Shown in pieces: positions 38,301 to 48,241 of a stretch of 64,000 nucleotides of DNA (within the stretch, counting starts at the first letter, position 1; every line of letters starts with the position of its first letter). Under the pieces are notes generated by a model, which saw only the letters and a program-made list of their open reading frames with translations, was not told the origin of the DNA and did not search any database. Position numbers and translations under genes: made by a program. Source of the stretch: Octopus bimaculoides. Its lineage: Eukaryota. The stretch covers positions 65,803,727-65,867,726 of the forward strand of contig NC_068981.1 in assembly GCF_001194135.2 (NCBI RefSeq), written 5' to 3'.

Positions 38301-41172
38301 AAAACTTAGGCCATGTGATGAAATCATTTTTGTATCAATAGGTTTGTATTTATTTTTTTACTTTTGAAACTAAAATGAAGGTAGTTAATAGCAATTTTCT
38401 TTTTCCTTAACTAGACAAGGAGAGGAAGAGGAAAAATAACATCCAACTGTGCAGACCTTCACAGAGAATGGTAATGTCAATGCACTTGAAGTTTAGTGTG
38501 AACTTTTGTAGCTGATGTCCATAAGAAAAGTGTGTAAAATATAAGATTAAGGAGAAAGTGTTTAGTGTTGGATTGCAGAGTGAGACAGTTAGAATGAAGA
38601 TGAGAAGTGGGTACATTTGGTGAGCTTGATTGAGTAGAAGTGGTATACAGCTTCCTACTGAGCATAAGTAGAAAGAAGCAACATATCTGTGTGCCTGAAG
38701 GTGAGTGCCTATCAGAGAAGTGGTCTTGTTTTGGATGAAATATCAGGTGATTGTATCCCGTGGATACAGTGACCAGTGTTCTAATGGAGGTACAGCTGAA
38801 TTTGATAGCGGACCTGTAACTGATCAAAGTGTTCGTTTTTTGGATTTATTTTTGCCTTAAAGAGAAAGCCTTCATAATGGAAATATGGCAAGAACATAAT
38901 CATAATTTAACTTTTATCAAATTTCTTGGTGCTTAGGCAAACTGATGAAATGAATGCTAATTTACAAAAGAAGAATGTTTATCATCTTAAAAATTTATAT
39001 GAAACATTTCTCATTTGTATATTTGCAATAAATATTTTATGTTTTCTAAATTGTACTAACATAATTGCAATCCACTCCAATGAAAACCTATCTGTGCAGA
39101 ATTTGAACTCTTGCCATAACAAGTCTAACTCACTCTCCTCCTGTTTCTATTATTCTTTCTCTCATTGTGCATGTAGTGGTCCTTTACCAATTGCCTGCTA
39201 CCAAGCCTAGTTTGTACACCTCTGATGTTAATTATCTTTAACTCTCTCTATACACTGTAAAGAGTGACAAAAAATTAACCAACCAACATTTATACCAGCT
39301 CATATACACACACTTTCATTAGCAATGTGGAAAAAAAGACTTGTATTTTGATTTCTAAAAAAACAATCGGTAGTTATGTTCCAATATGATACTAAAATAA
39401 TTTTGCTTGTTTTAAATGTATTCATTTTCAAAGCATTACACTTAAACATTTGCTTCCATAATTATGTAACTTGGCATCGTGCCAAAAGTTAAAAACTCTG
39501 TACTGGAATTTATAAATTTCATTAGCTGATGGGTGAGTCAATAAACCCATCAGTCTTAACTGTTGACATAATGAGTCTATGGTCCACATCTCATTGTTTT
39601 ATTTTAGGTAATGCAAAAACAAAATGATACAAAAGAATGAGGGTATTACTGTTCCACACAGATTCCACTTTCTTCTCACTGAAAATTTAGTTCTTTAATC
39701 ACAAAACATCAAGGCACAGGAGTGGCTGTGTGGTAAGAAGCTTGCTTCCCAACCACATGGTTGCAGGTTCAGTTCCAGTGTGGCACCTTTGACAAGTGTC
39801 TACTATAGCCACAGGCTGGCCAAAACCTTGTGAGTGGATCTGGTAGGCAGAAACTAAAAGAAACATGTGTCTTTGTGCTTATTTGTCTCCCCATCACTGC
39901 TTGACAACTGGTATTGGTATTTATGTTCCTGTAACTTAGTGGTTCATCAAAGGAGACCAATAAAATAAGTACCAGGCTTAAAAAATAAGTATCGAGGTCA
40001 ATTTATTCGACTAAAAATTCAAGGTGGTGCCCCAGTCTGACTGAAACAAGTTAAGAAAAAAATTGTTTCTTGCTCTTTTGATGGAAGGCACTTTTTGGTA
40101 TGTATGTACCTAAAAAGACCATGAAACTGACATGGTAATCTTGGTTTAGTTAATAGAGCACTGTCTGGTAACAATAGTCACTTCATAATCTTCTTCAAGG
40201 TTGTATGGAAGACCAACAGTTGCCCATGCAGTAGATCTACTGTCACACTACAAATTTTGTGCAAAGACAGGTAAAAATGCTGATACAGTTTGGTATGTCA
40301 TAGGAATTGCCAGAACCAAGTTGAAAACAATGTCAATATTTGACCAATCCCAGAAAGAGACGAAAGGCAAAGTTGAACTCAGAATCTTAACCTGAATAAT
40401 ACTAAAATTTAAATCAGTCTAGATACTTAGAAGAATATACCAGTACCTCCTGGTGGCGAATATACCAGTACCTCCTGGTGGCATATATAATTGAGGGAGT
40501 GTGTGTTATTTACTTATTTCTAATCTTTTTTTTTTTTTGCCGATATGACTTTTTTTGTTAAACTTGGAAAGGTAATTCTGTTTACCTTAAATGCGAATCC
40601 AATACTGTCTAATTTTTAAAATGACGTAAATTACGTATTTTGTTATAAATTATATTCGAAATATAAAACACACTGCCTATATTAAAAGCAATCATTGTTA
40701 GAATTAAAATCAAACACCATGTTAGCGCGACATAATAAAAGGTGTTTTTTTTTAAGACGGTGTGGTATTGAAAGATTAGATTTTTTATTCTAGCAGGCCG
40801 AGGTTCTTGTTTAGTTTTATTTTTAGTCAAGAGCACTTTTGTTCCAGTATTTACAGAATAAAAGAACTCAACAATAAACATCTTTGTAATAATTCTTATT
40901 AATTTAAAAAATTTTTCCTAATAATTTCGTAAAAGGTTATTGCTCAGTGTCTTGAGTTACGTCCCTTTAAGCCTTGAGAATATACTTTCAACGAAACAAG
41001 CGGACAGAAAGCATAGCCAACTCGTCAAATATCCTGCGCAAAAAGATATAGTAATAAGAATGACAGCCGTTGGAGTTGCTATCAATAACGAGGAAGAAAA
41101 AAAATGATACAGTACAATTTTCCATAACTTACAGTTGAAACCCATAAATAAAGTCAAGATATGTTTGCTCAT
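3599..41172 (-). CDS. PSAP: Prosaposin-like gene, 13 coding exons visible, 3' end beyond the left edge of the window
   Basis: Exons join in frame through GT-AG introns: [75 protein letters not shown]...NFC-...-PDKICNDC...TFC-...-DECKDC...EKI. The SapA motif (CTWGPxYWC...C...C) followed by tandem 6-Cys SapB domains is the prosaposin architecture. 1029 nt, no internal stop. Confidence 0.93.
4035..4189 (+). mobile_element. Short retroposon, family C (RTE-like tail, (GAT)n end)
   Basis: gagtggttggcgttaggaagggcatccagctgtagaaac...caacccatgctagcatggaaagcggacgttaaacgatgatgat, repeated across the window. Confidence 0.75.
4476..4791 (-). mobile_element. tRNA-derived CORE-like SINE, family A
   Basis: Colinear with the copy at 12233-12627. 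Confidence 0.75.
4953..5254. mobile_element. hAT-type MITE
   Basis: TIRs cagtgattctcaac / gttgagaacccctg; identical 8-bp TSD GTTTAAAC at 4945-4952 and 5255-5262. Confidence 0.85.
5604..5666 (-). CDS. PSAP: PSAP exon 12 (63 nt), SapB3
   Basis: atttaacag| ... |gtaagt; [21 protein letters not shown]. Confidence 0.93.
5845..6260 (+). mobile_element. Two tandem family B SINEs
   Basis: Two copies of ttctgagttcaaattc...tttgc(c/a)tttcatcc.ttggggt.ataaaata..taccagttgaacactg. Confidence 0.75.
6267..6808 (+). mobile_element. Family C retroposon, long form (spans an N-gap)
   Basis: Internal tandem GC-rich repeats and the standard family C tail. Confidence 0.75.
6841..7177 (-). mobile_element. Family A SINE
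   Basis: tRNA-like head ...cttaccacacagccactcctgcaccta; central (GT)n. Confidence 0.8.
7516..7584 (-). CDS. PSAP: PSAP exon 11 (69 nt), SapB3 helix 1
   Basis: ctttttcaag| ... |gtaggt; [23 protein letters not shown]; preceded by a 96-nt intron. Confidence 0.93.
7681..7782 (-). CDS. PSAP: PSAP exon 10 (102 nt), SapB2 end plus linker
   Basis: ttttcaacag| ... |gtaggc; [34 protein letters not shown]. Confidence 0.93.
9490..9810 (+). mobile_element. Decayed CR1/Jockey-like LINE 3' fragment
   Basis: Similar to the reverse complement of 17560-17960; degenerate LINE C-terminal residues. Confidence 0.4.
10927..10986 (-). CDS. PSAP: PSAP exon 9 (60 nt), SapB2
   Basis: catttttcag| ... |gtaagt; [20 protein letters not shown]. 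Confidence 0.93.
11183..11245 (-). CDS. PSAP: PSAP exon 8 (63 nt), SapB2
   Basis: tttcttgtag| ... |gtaagt; [21 protein letters not shown]. Confidence 0.93.
11380..11600. repeat. Compound (GT/AT/GC) microsatellite
   Basis: Alternating purine-pyrimidine tract; explains the H/T/C/V-rich pseudo-ORFs. Confidence 0.9.
12233..12627 (-). mobile_element. Full-length young family A SINE (tRNA head, CORE-like accttgggcaagt motif)
   Basis: Reverse complement reads taggcgcaggagtggctgtgtggtaagtagc...ggttcagtcccactgcgtggcaccttgggcaagtgtc; CpGs retained. Confidence 0.9.
12695..12910 (-). mobile_element. Family B SINE
   Basis: Reverse-orientation relative of 6045-6260, including the ...caaaatttgaaac tail. 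Confidence 0.7.
12942..13016 (-). CDS. PSAP: PSAP exon 7 (75 nt), SapB2 helix 1
   Basis: ttcctacccag| ... |gtaagt; [25 protein letters not shown]. Confidence 0.93.
13223..13605 (-). mobile_element. Young tRNA-derived SINE with a (CAA)n tail
   Basis: Pol III A/B boxes tggcccagtggttagg / gtttcaattccc; 12-bp TSD AGGAATAAAACT at 13211-13222 and 13606-13617. Confidence 0.9.
14200..14380 (+). mobile_element. CR1/L2-type LINE ORF2 C-terminal fragment
   Basis: [27 protein letters not shown] matches the FFxxRVxxxWNxLPxxVV...SFK motif. Confidence 0.7.
15523..15657 (-). CDS. PSAP: PSAP exon 6 (135 nt), SapB1 end plus Ser/Thr linker
   Basis: ttaatttcag| ... |gtaagt; [45 protein letters not shown]. Confidence 0.92.
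16280..17330 (-). mobile_element. Decayed Helitron helicase fragment
   Basis: [43 protein letters not shown] matches the PIF1-like Helitron segment LIxxVYPN...WLxERAILAPxN. Confidence 0.7.
17560..17960 (-). mobile_element. Decayed CR1/Jockey-like LINE fragment
   Basis: Degenerate LINE-like C-terminal coding sequence; related to 9490-9810. Confidence 0.4.
18018..18077 (-). CDS. PSAP: PSAP exon 5 (60 nt), SapB1
   Basis: tctcttatag| ... |gtatgt; [20 protein letters not shown]. Confidence 0.93.
20197..20278. repeat. (TA)n microsatellite, about 40 units
   Basis: Perfect TA tract. Confidence 0.97.
21201..21266 (-). CDS. PSAP: PSAP exon 4 (66 nt), SapB1
   Basis: ttctctttcag| ... |gtgagt; [22 protein letters not shown]. 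Confidence 0.9.
22532..22603 (-). CDS. PSAP: PSAP exon 3 (72 nt), SapB1 helix 1
   Basis: ctgtcaacag| ... |gtatga; [24 protein letters not shown]. Confidence 0.92.
22857..22960. repeat. 26-bp GC-rich minisatellite, 4 units
   Basis: acggactcggcgatgccggtcgcatc / acggaatcggcgacaccggtcgcatc / acgaactcaacaacaccagtcacatc / acaaactctgtggtattgatcacatt. Confidence 0.85.
23058..23221 (-). CDS. PSAP: PSAP exon 2 (164 nt), SapA domain
   Basis: cttcttgtag| acceptor, |gtaggt donor; [54 protein letters not shown]. Confidence 0.95.
24412..24871. repeat. (GT)n + (GGT/GAT/GAC)n + N-gap + (GT)n microsatellite cluster
   Basis: Direct reading; source of the 24235-24949 pseudo-ORFs. Confidence 0.95.
25211..25880 (-). 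mobile_element. Family A SINE interrupted by a nested, rearranged family B SINE
   Basis: Family A head is split; GAAGCAAGCTTCTT is repeated either side of the family B insert (about 25550-25852). Confidence 0.8.
27161..27272 (+). mobile_element. 5'-truncated V-domain-like SINE
   Basis: gcaatggactgacgtcccggccag resembles the V-SINE domain; (taaa)n tail; related to 57241-57450. Confidence 0.55.
28127..28910 (+). pseudogene. Gypsy gag, frameshifted
   Basis: [13 protein letters not shown] and [14 protein letters not shown] zinc knuckles. Confidence 0.8.
28870..30710 (+). pseudogene. Gypsy pol remnant (protease, RNase H, integrase), frameshifted
   Basis: LVD...CSTT protease; [22 protein letters not shown] RNase H; HHIGVDRT zinc finger; [10 protein letters not shown] and [14 protein letters not shown] integrase core. 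Confidence 0.85.
32700..33450 (-). mobile_element. Highly decayed RTE-like LINE fragment
   Basis: Weak residual similarity to RTE ORF C-terminal motifs; many stops. Confidence 0.35.
34655..34852. mobile_element. piggyBac-like MITE, one end truncated
   Basis: Begins TTAA|CCCTTTAGCATTC; the complementary end type aatgctaaaggg is seen separately at about 18440. Confidence 0.5.
39713..40053 (+). mobile_element. Family A SINE
   Basis: ggcacaggagtggctgtgtggtaag head through gactgaaacaag tail. Confidence 0.8.
41133..41172 (-). CDS. PSAP: PSAP exon 1 (40 nt coding, [13 protein letters not shown]+T, phase 1), signal peptide
   Basis: ATG at 41172, in-frame TAA 36 nt upstream, donor T|gtaagt. Phase 1 matches exon 2 (T+GG=Trp). 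Lies in the CpG-retaining zone. The 17.9 kb intron makes this the least certain exon. Confidence 0.75.
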
Positions 41173-44100
41173 ATCGTTAAACAAATTCTCCCCAGTTAAA
41201 TAAATTTATGCCTCGTAAATACGTCGCAACGACACAGCTTCTACGTGATCGCTTGACCTGCTAGAAATACTATCTTAGTCACTCAATCACAAGCTCTTTC
41301 TTAGAAAATAGGATGCATTACATAATGTGGTCTTGTGTTTCCTACACATAGGGAAAAAAAACAAAAACAGTATGCTCATAGCTGGAATAACTTCCAATAA
41401 AGGTCAATTCGATCTGTGCTGACCAAGGACTGAAAAACCACCATTGCAATGACAAGCGAAAGAGGAGTTTTTGTGACCGCCCCAACTGCTAGAAATAATA
41501 GTCACATCTCCCTCAATCATATACTGTTGTCTTATGAGGAAAGAGACAATATATAATGTAGTCCGATACACTGTCCGAAAATAAAAAAGGGGATAGGCAC
41601 GACTGAAACGACTCTAATATAGGCCTGCTCAATCAGTTGATTACGGACTAAACAACATCGCAAATGACGAAACGGGAGAGCGCTAAACCTGGAAGAAACA
41701 GTAGCCAAACATTCTTCAAATGACATACTGTCGTCATAAAAAAAAGATTAAAAAAGCCATTTGATAATGTAGTCAGATACATAAAAGATGCAATGAACAC
41801 GGCTGGAGTACCTAATCAAAACAGAAAGACTAAACGCATTAGTAACCTTTGCGATATTGTTTAGTCTGTAATCAACTCATTGAGCAGGACTATATTATAG
41901 TCGTTTAAGTCGTGTCCATCCCTTTTTATTTTCAGACAGTGTATAAGTAATTTTATAATTATTGTAAAGTATCGATATACCAACGAGAAAAAAAATGGAA
42001 ACTGAATTTAATAAACTAAAAACAAACAAATTAATGAACGCAAAACACTTAATAGAATTTTTACTACTAACCCAACGGGTAAGCTTCAGTGCGATAAAAT
42101 ACAGTGCATTGACAATATCATATTAACCCCACAGGAAAGTTATCAATATTATTATTATTAAGGATACAAACGAGAAAAGGGCGAGGGGGAACACTTGATC
42201 AACAAAATGTAAATAGAGCACTTGCTGTACTCTAACTGCGGTTTATTTATCAAGATCACTGCACCGAGGCTTCTTCACTGGGTGGTTTATTGATGTTGAT
42301 ATTAGTTATCTATTAAGACCAACTTCCGATATTAGTACTAATTACTTGAAATAGTGATACACAACATTGATTTAATCACGAGTTGTAGTTTAAGGTTGTT
42401 TTCTGTTTATTTAAAACGCCCGAAACGACTACAAGGTAAAATGGAAATCGGGGAAAATATACATAGCCTGTTTTTATACGCGCTGCTACATAGCTTGTGT
42501 ATATACTACTACGCTGCTACCAAGAACATATATATACATATATATGTATAGGCCGTCATTGTAAAAGGATTTCCTTTACTTAATATAGATTTTCCATCAC
42601 AGTGGTTTGGTGAAATGAAATTTTATAACTGAGCCGAAGTACATTTCTTTGTTTCCATTTTTTTTTTTTTTAAACTTTTGAACCGTTTCGGTGTGTTACT
42701 TTAAGCCCTGATGTAGGATAAAGTTACATGGTGTGTGTTATGTAAAAACAAAAATGAACTAAGAGTAGCAAGTAGAATGTATATGAATATAGATAAATGC
42801 GGATATATACCAAACAACATAAATATTTGATTTATTAAAATTATCGCCGCCCCTAGAGGATATGTAACGAATGCCAAATGCTAGGTGAGACCAGCTCCAC
42901 ATGAGAGAGGACCTTAAAACTCAAGAATTTTCCGAAGTTAACTTGTCATTAAGGGCTTATTGTCTTGAGATAAGAGGACAGACGTGGACAAATGTTTTTT
43001 TTTATTTTTCGTATATGCTTTAAGCTACTTGGTTTACTCGAGATAAGATAGGGCAATTGTGCTGATGAGGACTGTAGAGGTAGGGATTTTAATTAATCAA
43101 GAATTTATGTTGTGTGTGTGTGTGTGTGTATAAAAGTTGTACGGTTTTGGCTGAAATGCTTGACCATAGGTTTTACTAAATTAGCGCCGATCTAGATTAA
43201 ACAATAAATAACAAAGAAATTATCATCAATCTTTTTCGCTAGGTAAGGCTAATTTAGCAGGTTAATATAGCTAACTAGAGCCATCTGAGTATCGTACAAC
43301 CCTCTGTCGAGGAAATTGAACTATGTTGACAGGCACGGCTATTTCCGTCAAGAACCACAATGATTAAAAAGGAATTGAAGAAACCTCTACGCGATCAAAT
43401 TACAGATCCCATCTTAAAATAATTTATTGGATACTGTAATCCTAAATACAAAATGCCTGGATAAAAAAGGTGAGAGTGCTCACGGTTGGAACCACTAGCG
43501 TAGCTGAGGAGGGGGCAGTAGGAACAGCACTTTTAAGTCAGCTGTAGGCAATGATTTGTGTGGGGGTCCGGAGGCGGCAATCGGAAGGGCCGATCCGGGA
43601 AGCACACACTACAGTTGGAATGCCATTAAACAAAATTACGCTCGATGGGGGATTAAACAATAACTTATTTCGTAAACCAAGGTGATAATTGGCGCAGGTT
43701 CTAGCTAAAATAAAGTATTTTAATATTTCTAGCGAGAACAAAAAAAAGTTCATGATGTGTTAACAAACAAGCCCCTTTGATAAGAATTAAAAGTTACAGT
43801 AACTTCTATTCGCTTTAATGTTATATCTAAAATAAATATATGGGAAGAAAAAAACAAACACCAGCCTTGACATAAATTATCTTTATAACGAGACGTGGTG
43901 TTAGTAAACAACTAACGTCAAGTCATTCTTTTTGTCAATTTTTTAGTGACACAATGCCACAAATTTGTAAAGAAGTATTATCGATTAAACTGATCGTAAT
44001 AAATAGTGGTTCTTATTTTTATCGTAGTCCAGAGTAAAGGGGGGGAAAATAGTCCATGTAAAATTGGTAGGAATAGAAAGACAATATTGAAAAGAAAAGT

Positions 44101-44476
44101 ACAGCAGGGCATTATTTACTTCAATGTTTTACTAACTTTATAATTGTAGTGAATAAGGAAGTCACAAACCTAATTTTTAAAAAAAATTTTCTACCGGGTG
44201 TGGATCTATATATTAACCCACCTGGTTAGTGTGGATCTGTATATTAACCCACCTTTCTTGTTTCGGTCATCAGATTAGTGAAATTTTTCTAATACAAAAG
44301 GTTTCAAATTGTCTTATTTTTATTTTATTTTCTTATGTAAACTAAATATTAACAAGTTCGCCTACCTGCCTCGGCACTTTCGAGAATAAAAAGCTGGAGG
44401 AAATATTGCAAAGTACATTTGTCAACTCCCAAAACAATTCCGTTGCTCCCACCAACCTAGACTAGAATCCCTATAG

Positions 44477-44620
44477 CTGGCATGGGTAACCCTTTTTCGA
44501 GAAGCGGACCGCATGAGACAAGTCTTATTATTAGGTAGGCTGCACTACTAATAAAAATTCAAGGTAATTTTTCGTTAGGCGTGCCATTCAGAAAGTTTCG
44601 CGGGGCCGATAACTACCCTA
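44477..44620. mobile_element. hAT-like MITE fragment
   Basis: ggcatgggtaaccctttt...gcggaccgcat resembles hAT MITE left ends. Confidence 0.4.
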
Positions 44621-45503
44621 AAGTGTTAACAGAGAACGAAGTTGATAAGGTAGTCCTAGATACACTTAGCGAAAACAAAAACAAATGATAGGATGTAAAT
44701 AAATAAAATTAAGTGTAGGTCTGTTGTGAAGCTACATGCACAATAACATCGATAAAAAAGAACTCACCGAGTATTCCCAACCACACTAAAAATAGTGAAT
44801 TAAAAGACATATTTCAAGTGCTGGTGGTTAATACGTCAATTGCCAGAGAAGGTTCAAGCACAAATGATTTCACAGCCGTTTAATTGTATTAATGATTTAC
44901 CAGGGCAGTCATAATCATGTGACTAGGAAAGAGTAGATCATCTGATAATGACGTCATAGCTAGACTTCGCTATCTCTCTTTCCCTCTCTTTCTCTCCTTC
45001 TCTTTCTCTCTCTCTCGCTCTCTGTTCTTTCTTCCCCTGTTCTCTCTCCCTCTTTGTTCTTTCTCCCTCTGCTCTCTCTCCCTCTCTTTCTTTTCCTCTC
45101 TATCTCTCTCCTCTTTCTCTTCCTCTCTTCCGAGTTGGCTTTGTTACCTCTACCTTTCAGATGGTATATATTACGATTATATCGGAATTTAATAGGACAA
45201 AAAATTAGTAGGCTCACACAAATACACACAGATACGCATCAAAAACGAAACTTGAAATTTAGAAAAAAGTTGTGATGTATGTCAGTATGTGCATGTGCGA
45301 GACAACCAATTTATTTTTTCATTTTTTTTTTTTATTATTAAATTTCGATATAAAACATAATCTACATCCTCTGAAAGGTATTTGTAGAACATTTCATTAA
45401 AAAATATCATTTTCCTGAAAGTTATGAGGAAACAAAGCTGAGTTTTGTAAATTTTTAGAAACTCCTCTCTCACTCTTGGAAAAATTTTTCATAATAAATT
45501 CCA

Positions 45504-46425
45504 GTGTGGTAAGTAGCTTGCTTACCAACCACATGGTTCCGGGTTCAGTCCCACTGCGTGACACCTTGGGCAAGTGTCTTCTACTATAGCCTCGGGCCGA
45601 CCAAAGCCTTGTGAGTGGATTTGGTAGACGGAAACTGAAAGAAGCCCGTTGTATATATGTATATATATATATATATATATATGTACGTGTGTTTGTGTGT
45701 CTATGTTTGTCCCCCACCATCGCTTGACAACCGATGCTGGTGTGTTTACATACCCGTAACTTAGCGGTTCAGCAAAAAGAGACCGATAGAATAAGTACTA
45801 GGCTTACAAAGAATAAGTTCTGGGGGCGATTTTCTTGACTAAAGGTGGTGCTCCAGCATGGCAGCAGTCAAATGACTGAAACAAGTAAAAGAGTAAAAGA
45901 ATATAATTAGAATCTGTTTCATCTGAAGCATATTTGTAAAAAAATTAAATTTAAAAACATCCATTTTTACTCACATTTTACTGTGAGGAAACACTTGTGT
46001 TGGTATGTCGAGCTGCCTTGCTGTATTTAGGAGTGGCTGTGTGGTAAGTAGCTTGCTTACCAACCACATGGTTCCGGGTTCATTCCCACTGCGTGGCACC
46101 TTGGGCAAGTGTCTTCTACTATAGCCTCGGGCCGACCAAAGCCTTGTGAGTGGATTAGGAAGACGGAAACTGAAAGAAGCCTGTTGTATATATGTATATA
46201 TATATGTGTGTATGTGTGTCTGTGTTTGTCCCTCCCAACATCGCTTGACAGCCGATGGTGGTGTGTTTACGTCCCTGTAACTTAGCGGTTCGGCAAAAAG
46301 AGACCGATAGAATAAGTACTAGGCATCCAAAGAATAAGTCCTGGGGTCGATTTACTCGACTAAAGGCGGTGCTCCAGCATGGCCACAGTCAAATGACTGA
46401 AACAAGTAAAAGAGTAAAAGAGTAA
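45504..46425 (+). mobile_element. Two tandem near-full-length family A SINEs (45504-45902, 46029-46425)
   Basis: Both closely match the reverse complement of 12233-12627 and end in (agtaaaag)n. Confidence 0.9.
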
Positions 46426-48241
46426 GCCCTTCGCATTCTGAGTTTAGACCCTGCTGAGTAAAACTTAGACTTTCATCCTTTGGAGTCAATGAACTTAAAT
46501 ACCAGCCAAGTACTGGGATCAATTCATGTTTCCATAATGCATGCTAGTGTGAATGGAATTATCATAAATTTTCATAAGATTGTTCCTCTCTCTACCTCTT
46601 ATTGCCGTTTTCATGTGTGGATATATATATATATTTTTTTTTTGTTCATTGCTAAATGTTTCCCTTATATTGCTCATCTCTGTCCTTCAGATCTCTTTTC
46701 ATGTTACCCATTTTCTTCATTCTTACTTTGTCTCATTATAATCATTTTTACAATTATAACATATTTTTACTCTATAAAAATATAGTTAAGATCAGTTTGT
46801 TGATGGCCACAGAAAAATACCATGTTCCCTGGCTCATATCACACTACAACTCATAAAATGCACACTATAACTTGCAAGGCATGATCTATGAAAATTCCTT
46901 TACAAATATAGGTGCAGGCATGGCTGTGTGGTTAAGAAATTCATCTCAAAATCACATAGTTTTGGAATCAGTCATACTTCATTGCACCTTGGGTAAGTGT
47001 CTTCTACTTTAGCTATGAACTGCTCATCATATGTGTCTTTGTGTTTGTTTCACCCCACCCCACTACCACCACCACTGCTTTACAATTAGTTTTGGCTTGC
47101 TTAAGTACCTGTAACTTAGTAGTTCAGCAAAAGAGTAACAATGGAATCAGCAATGTTTGTAGCCACTTCAACATGGCTGTCCATTTGAATGGATTTACTG
47201 TGATTTTTTTAACCCTAAGAGGACATCTCTAGCTGGTTAATGATGCACAGCTGCATCCGATATACTCTTTTTTACTCTAGGCACAATGCCCGAAATTTTG
47301 GGGGAGGGGACCAGTCAATGAGATCGACTCCAGTACCCAACTAGTACTTAATTTATCGACCCCCGAAAGAATGAAAGGCAAAGTTGATCTCGGCAGAATT
47401 TGAATTGCATCCGATATATTGTGAGCAGGTGAGTGAACCCCTATCACCTTCTAGCGACAGGACCAGCAACCCTGCCTCGTTTTGGACTATTTCTGCCTCT
47501 CTTCAGGACTGGACACCTCGTCTGCTAGAGATTAATTCTTTATTACAGGCACAAGGCCTAATTACAGAGGGGACATACAAAGACATGCGGGAACATAAAA
47601 CATATGAAAGATGAATGTGAAATGAATATATTTACAATGCACATGAGTCGGCCATCTTGCTCCTGCTGCGAGATGAAACCGTGTATTCCTTTAACACAAC
47701 CTTTACCCTCACTCTGAGTTGAAACCGCGACTGCCCTCTTCACTTTTGCCCTACTATAATAATCCTTTTAAACCAATGTTCATACAGTCCTTACTTATTT
47801 CTTTTCCTTTTTTTTTTTTTAACTAAAAATCAACCAAATGTTTATCACAGTGTTAAAGAAAAAACTTTAGGAAACCTGTTCATTTAACAGTTTCAAATTT
47901 TACATTATTTTTCTTTTTTTTTTTTTCCTAAAAAATTCAAACAATCATTTCTCTCAGTTACAGTCTTTACAAAATTATAATGATTTCCCACTTACTCCTT
48001 CCAAGTTGGGCTGTCCTATCTCACTATAATTTTTCTTTTCGTTTGTGCTTTTCATGTCGTCTCTTTTTGCTCCTATTTTCCTGCTGTTTTATGGGTTCTT
48101 GTATTTCCATCTCTAACTGTGTGTTCATATATTTGTGTGTCTCTGTGTTCTTGTATTTGTGTATCTGTGTGTTTGTTTGACTGCAACTCTACGTGTTTCT
48201 TCTGTGTCTATGTCTTTAAGTTTCCATAATTCTGGGTTGTC

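Larger units (their letters stand above)
40450..45300. promoter_or_regulatory. CpG-retaining zone containing the likely PSAP promoter
   Basis: CG dinucleotides are visibly common here and scarce in old non-repeat DNA on both sides; the zone contains PSAP exon 1. Judged by eye, CpG o/e not computed. Confidence 0.5.

Noticed and set aside
43490-43640. GC-rich segment examined as a possible snRNA, SRP or RNase P RNA
   Set aside because: No conserved motif of these RNAs recognised; its start resembles a MITE end.
47429-47506. 78-nt GT-AG intron-like segment inside ORF 47384-47614
   Set aside because: The upstream flank is SINE sequence and the spliced product is not recognisable and stops quickly.
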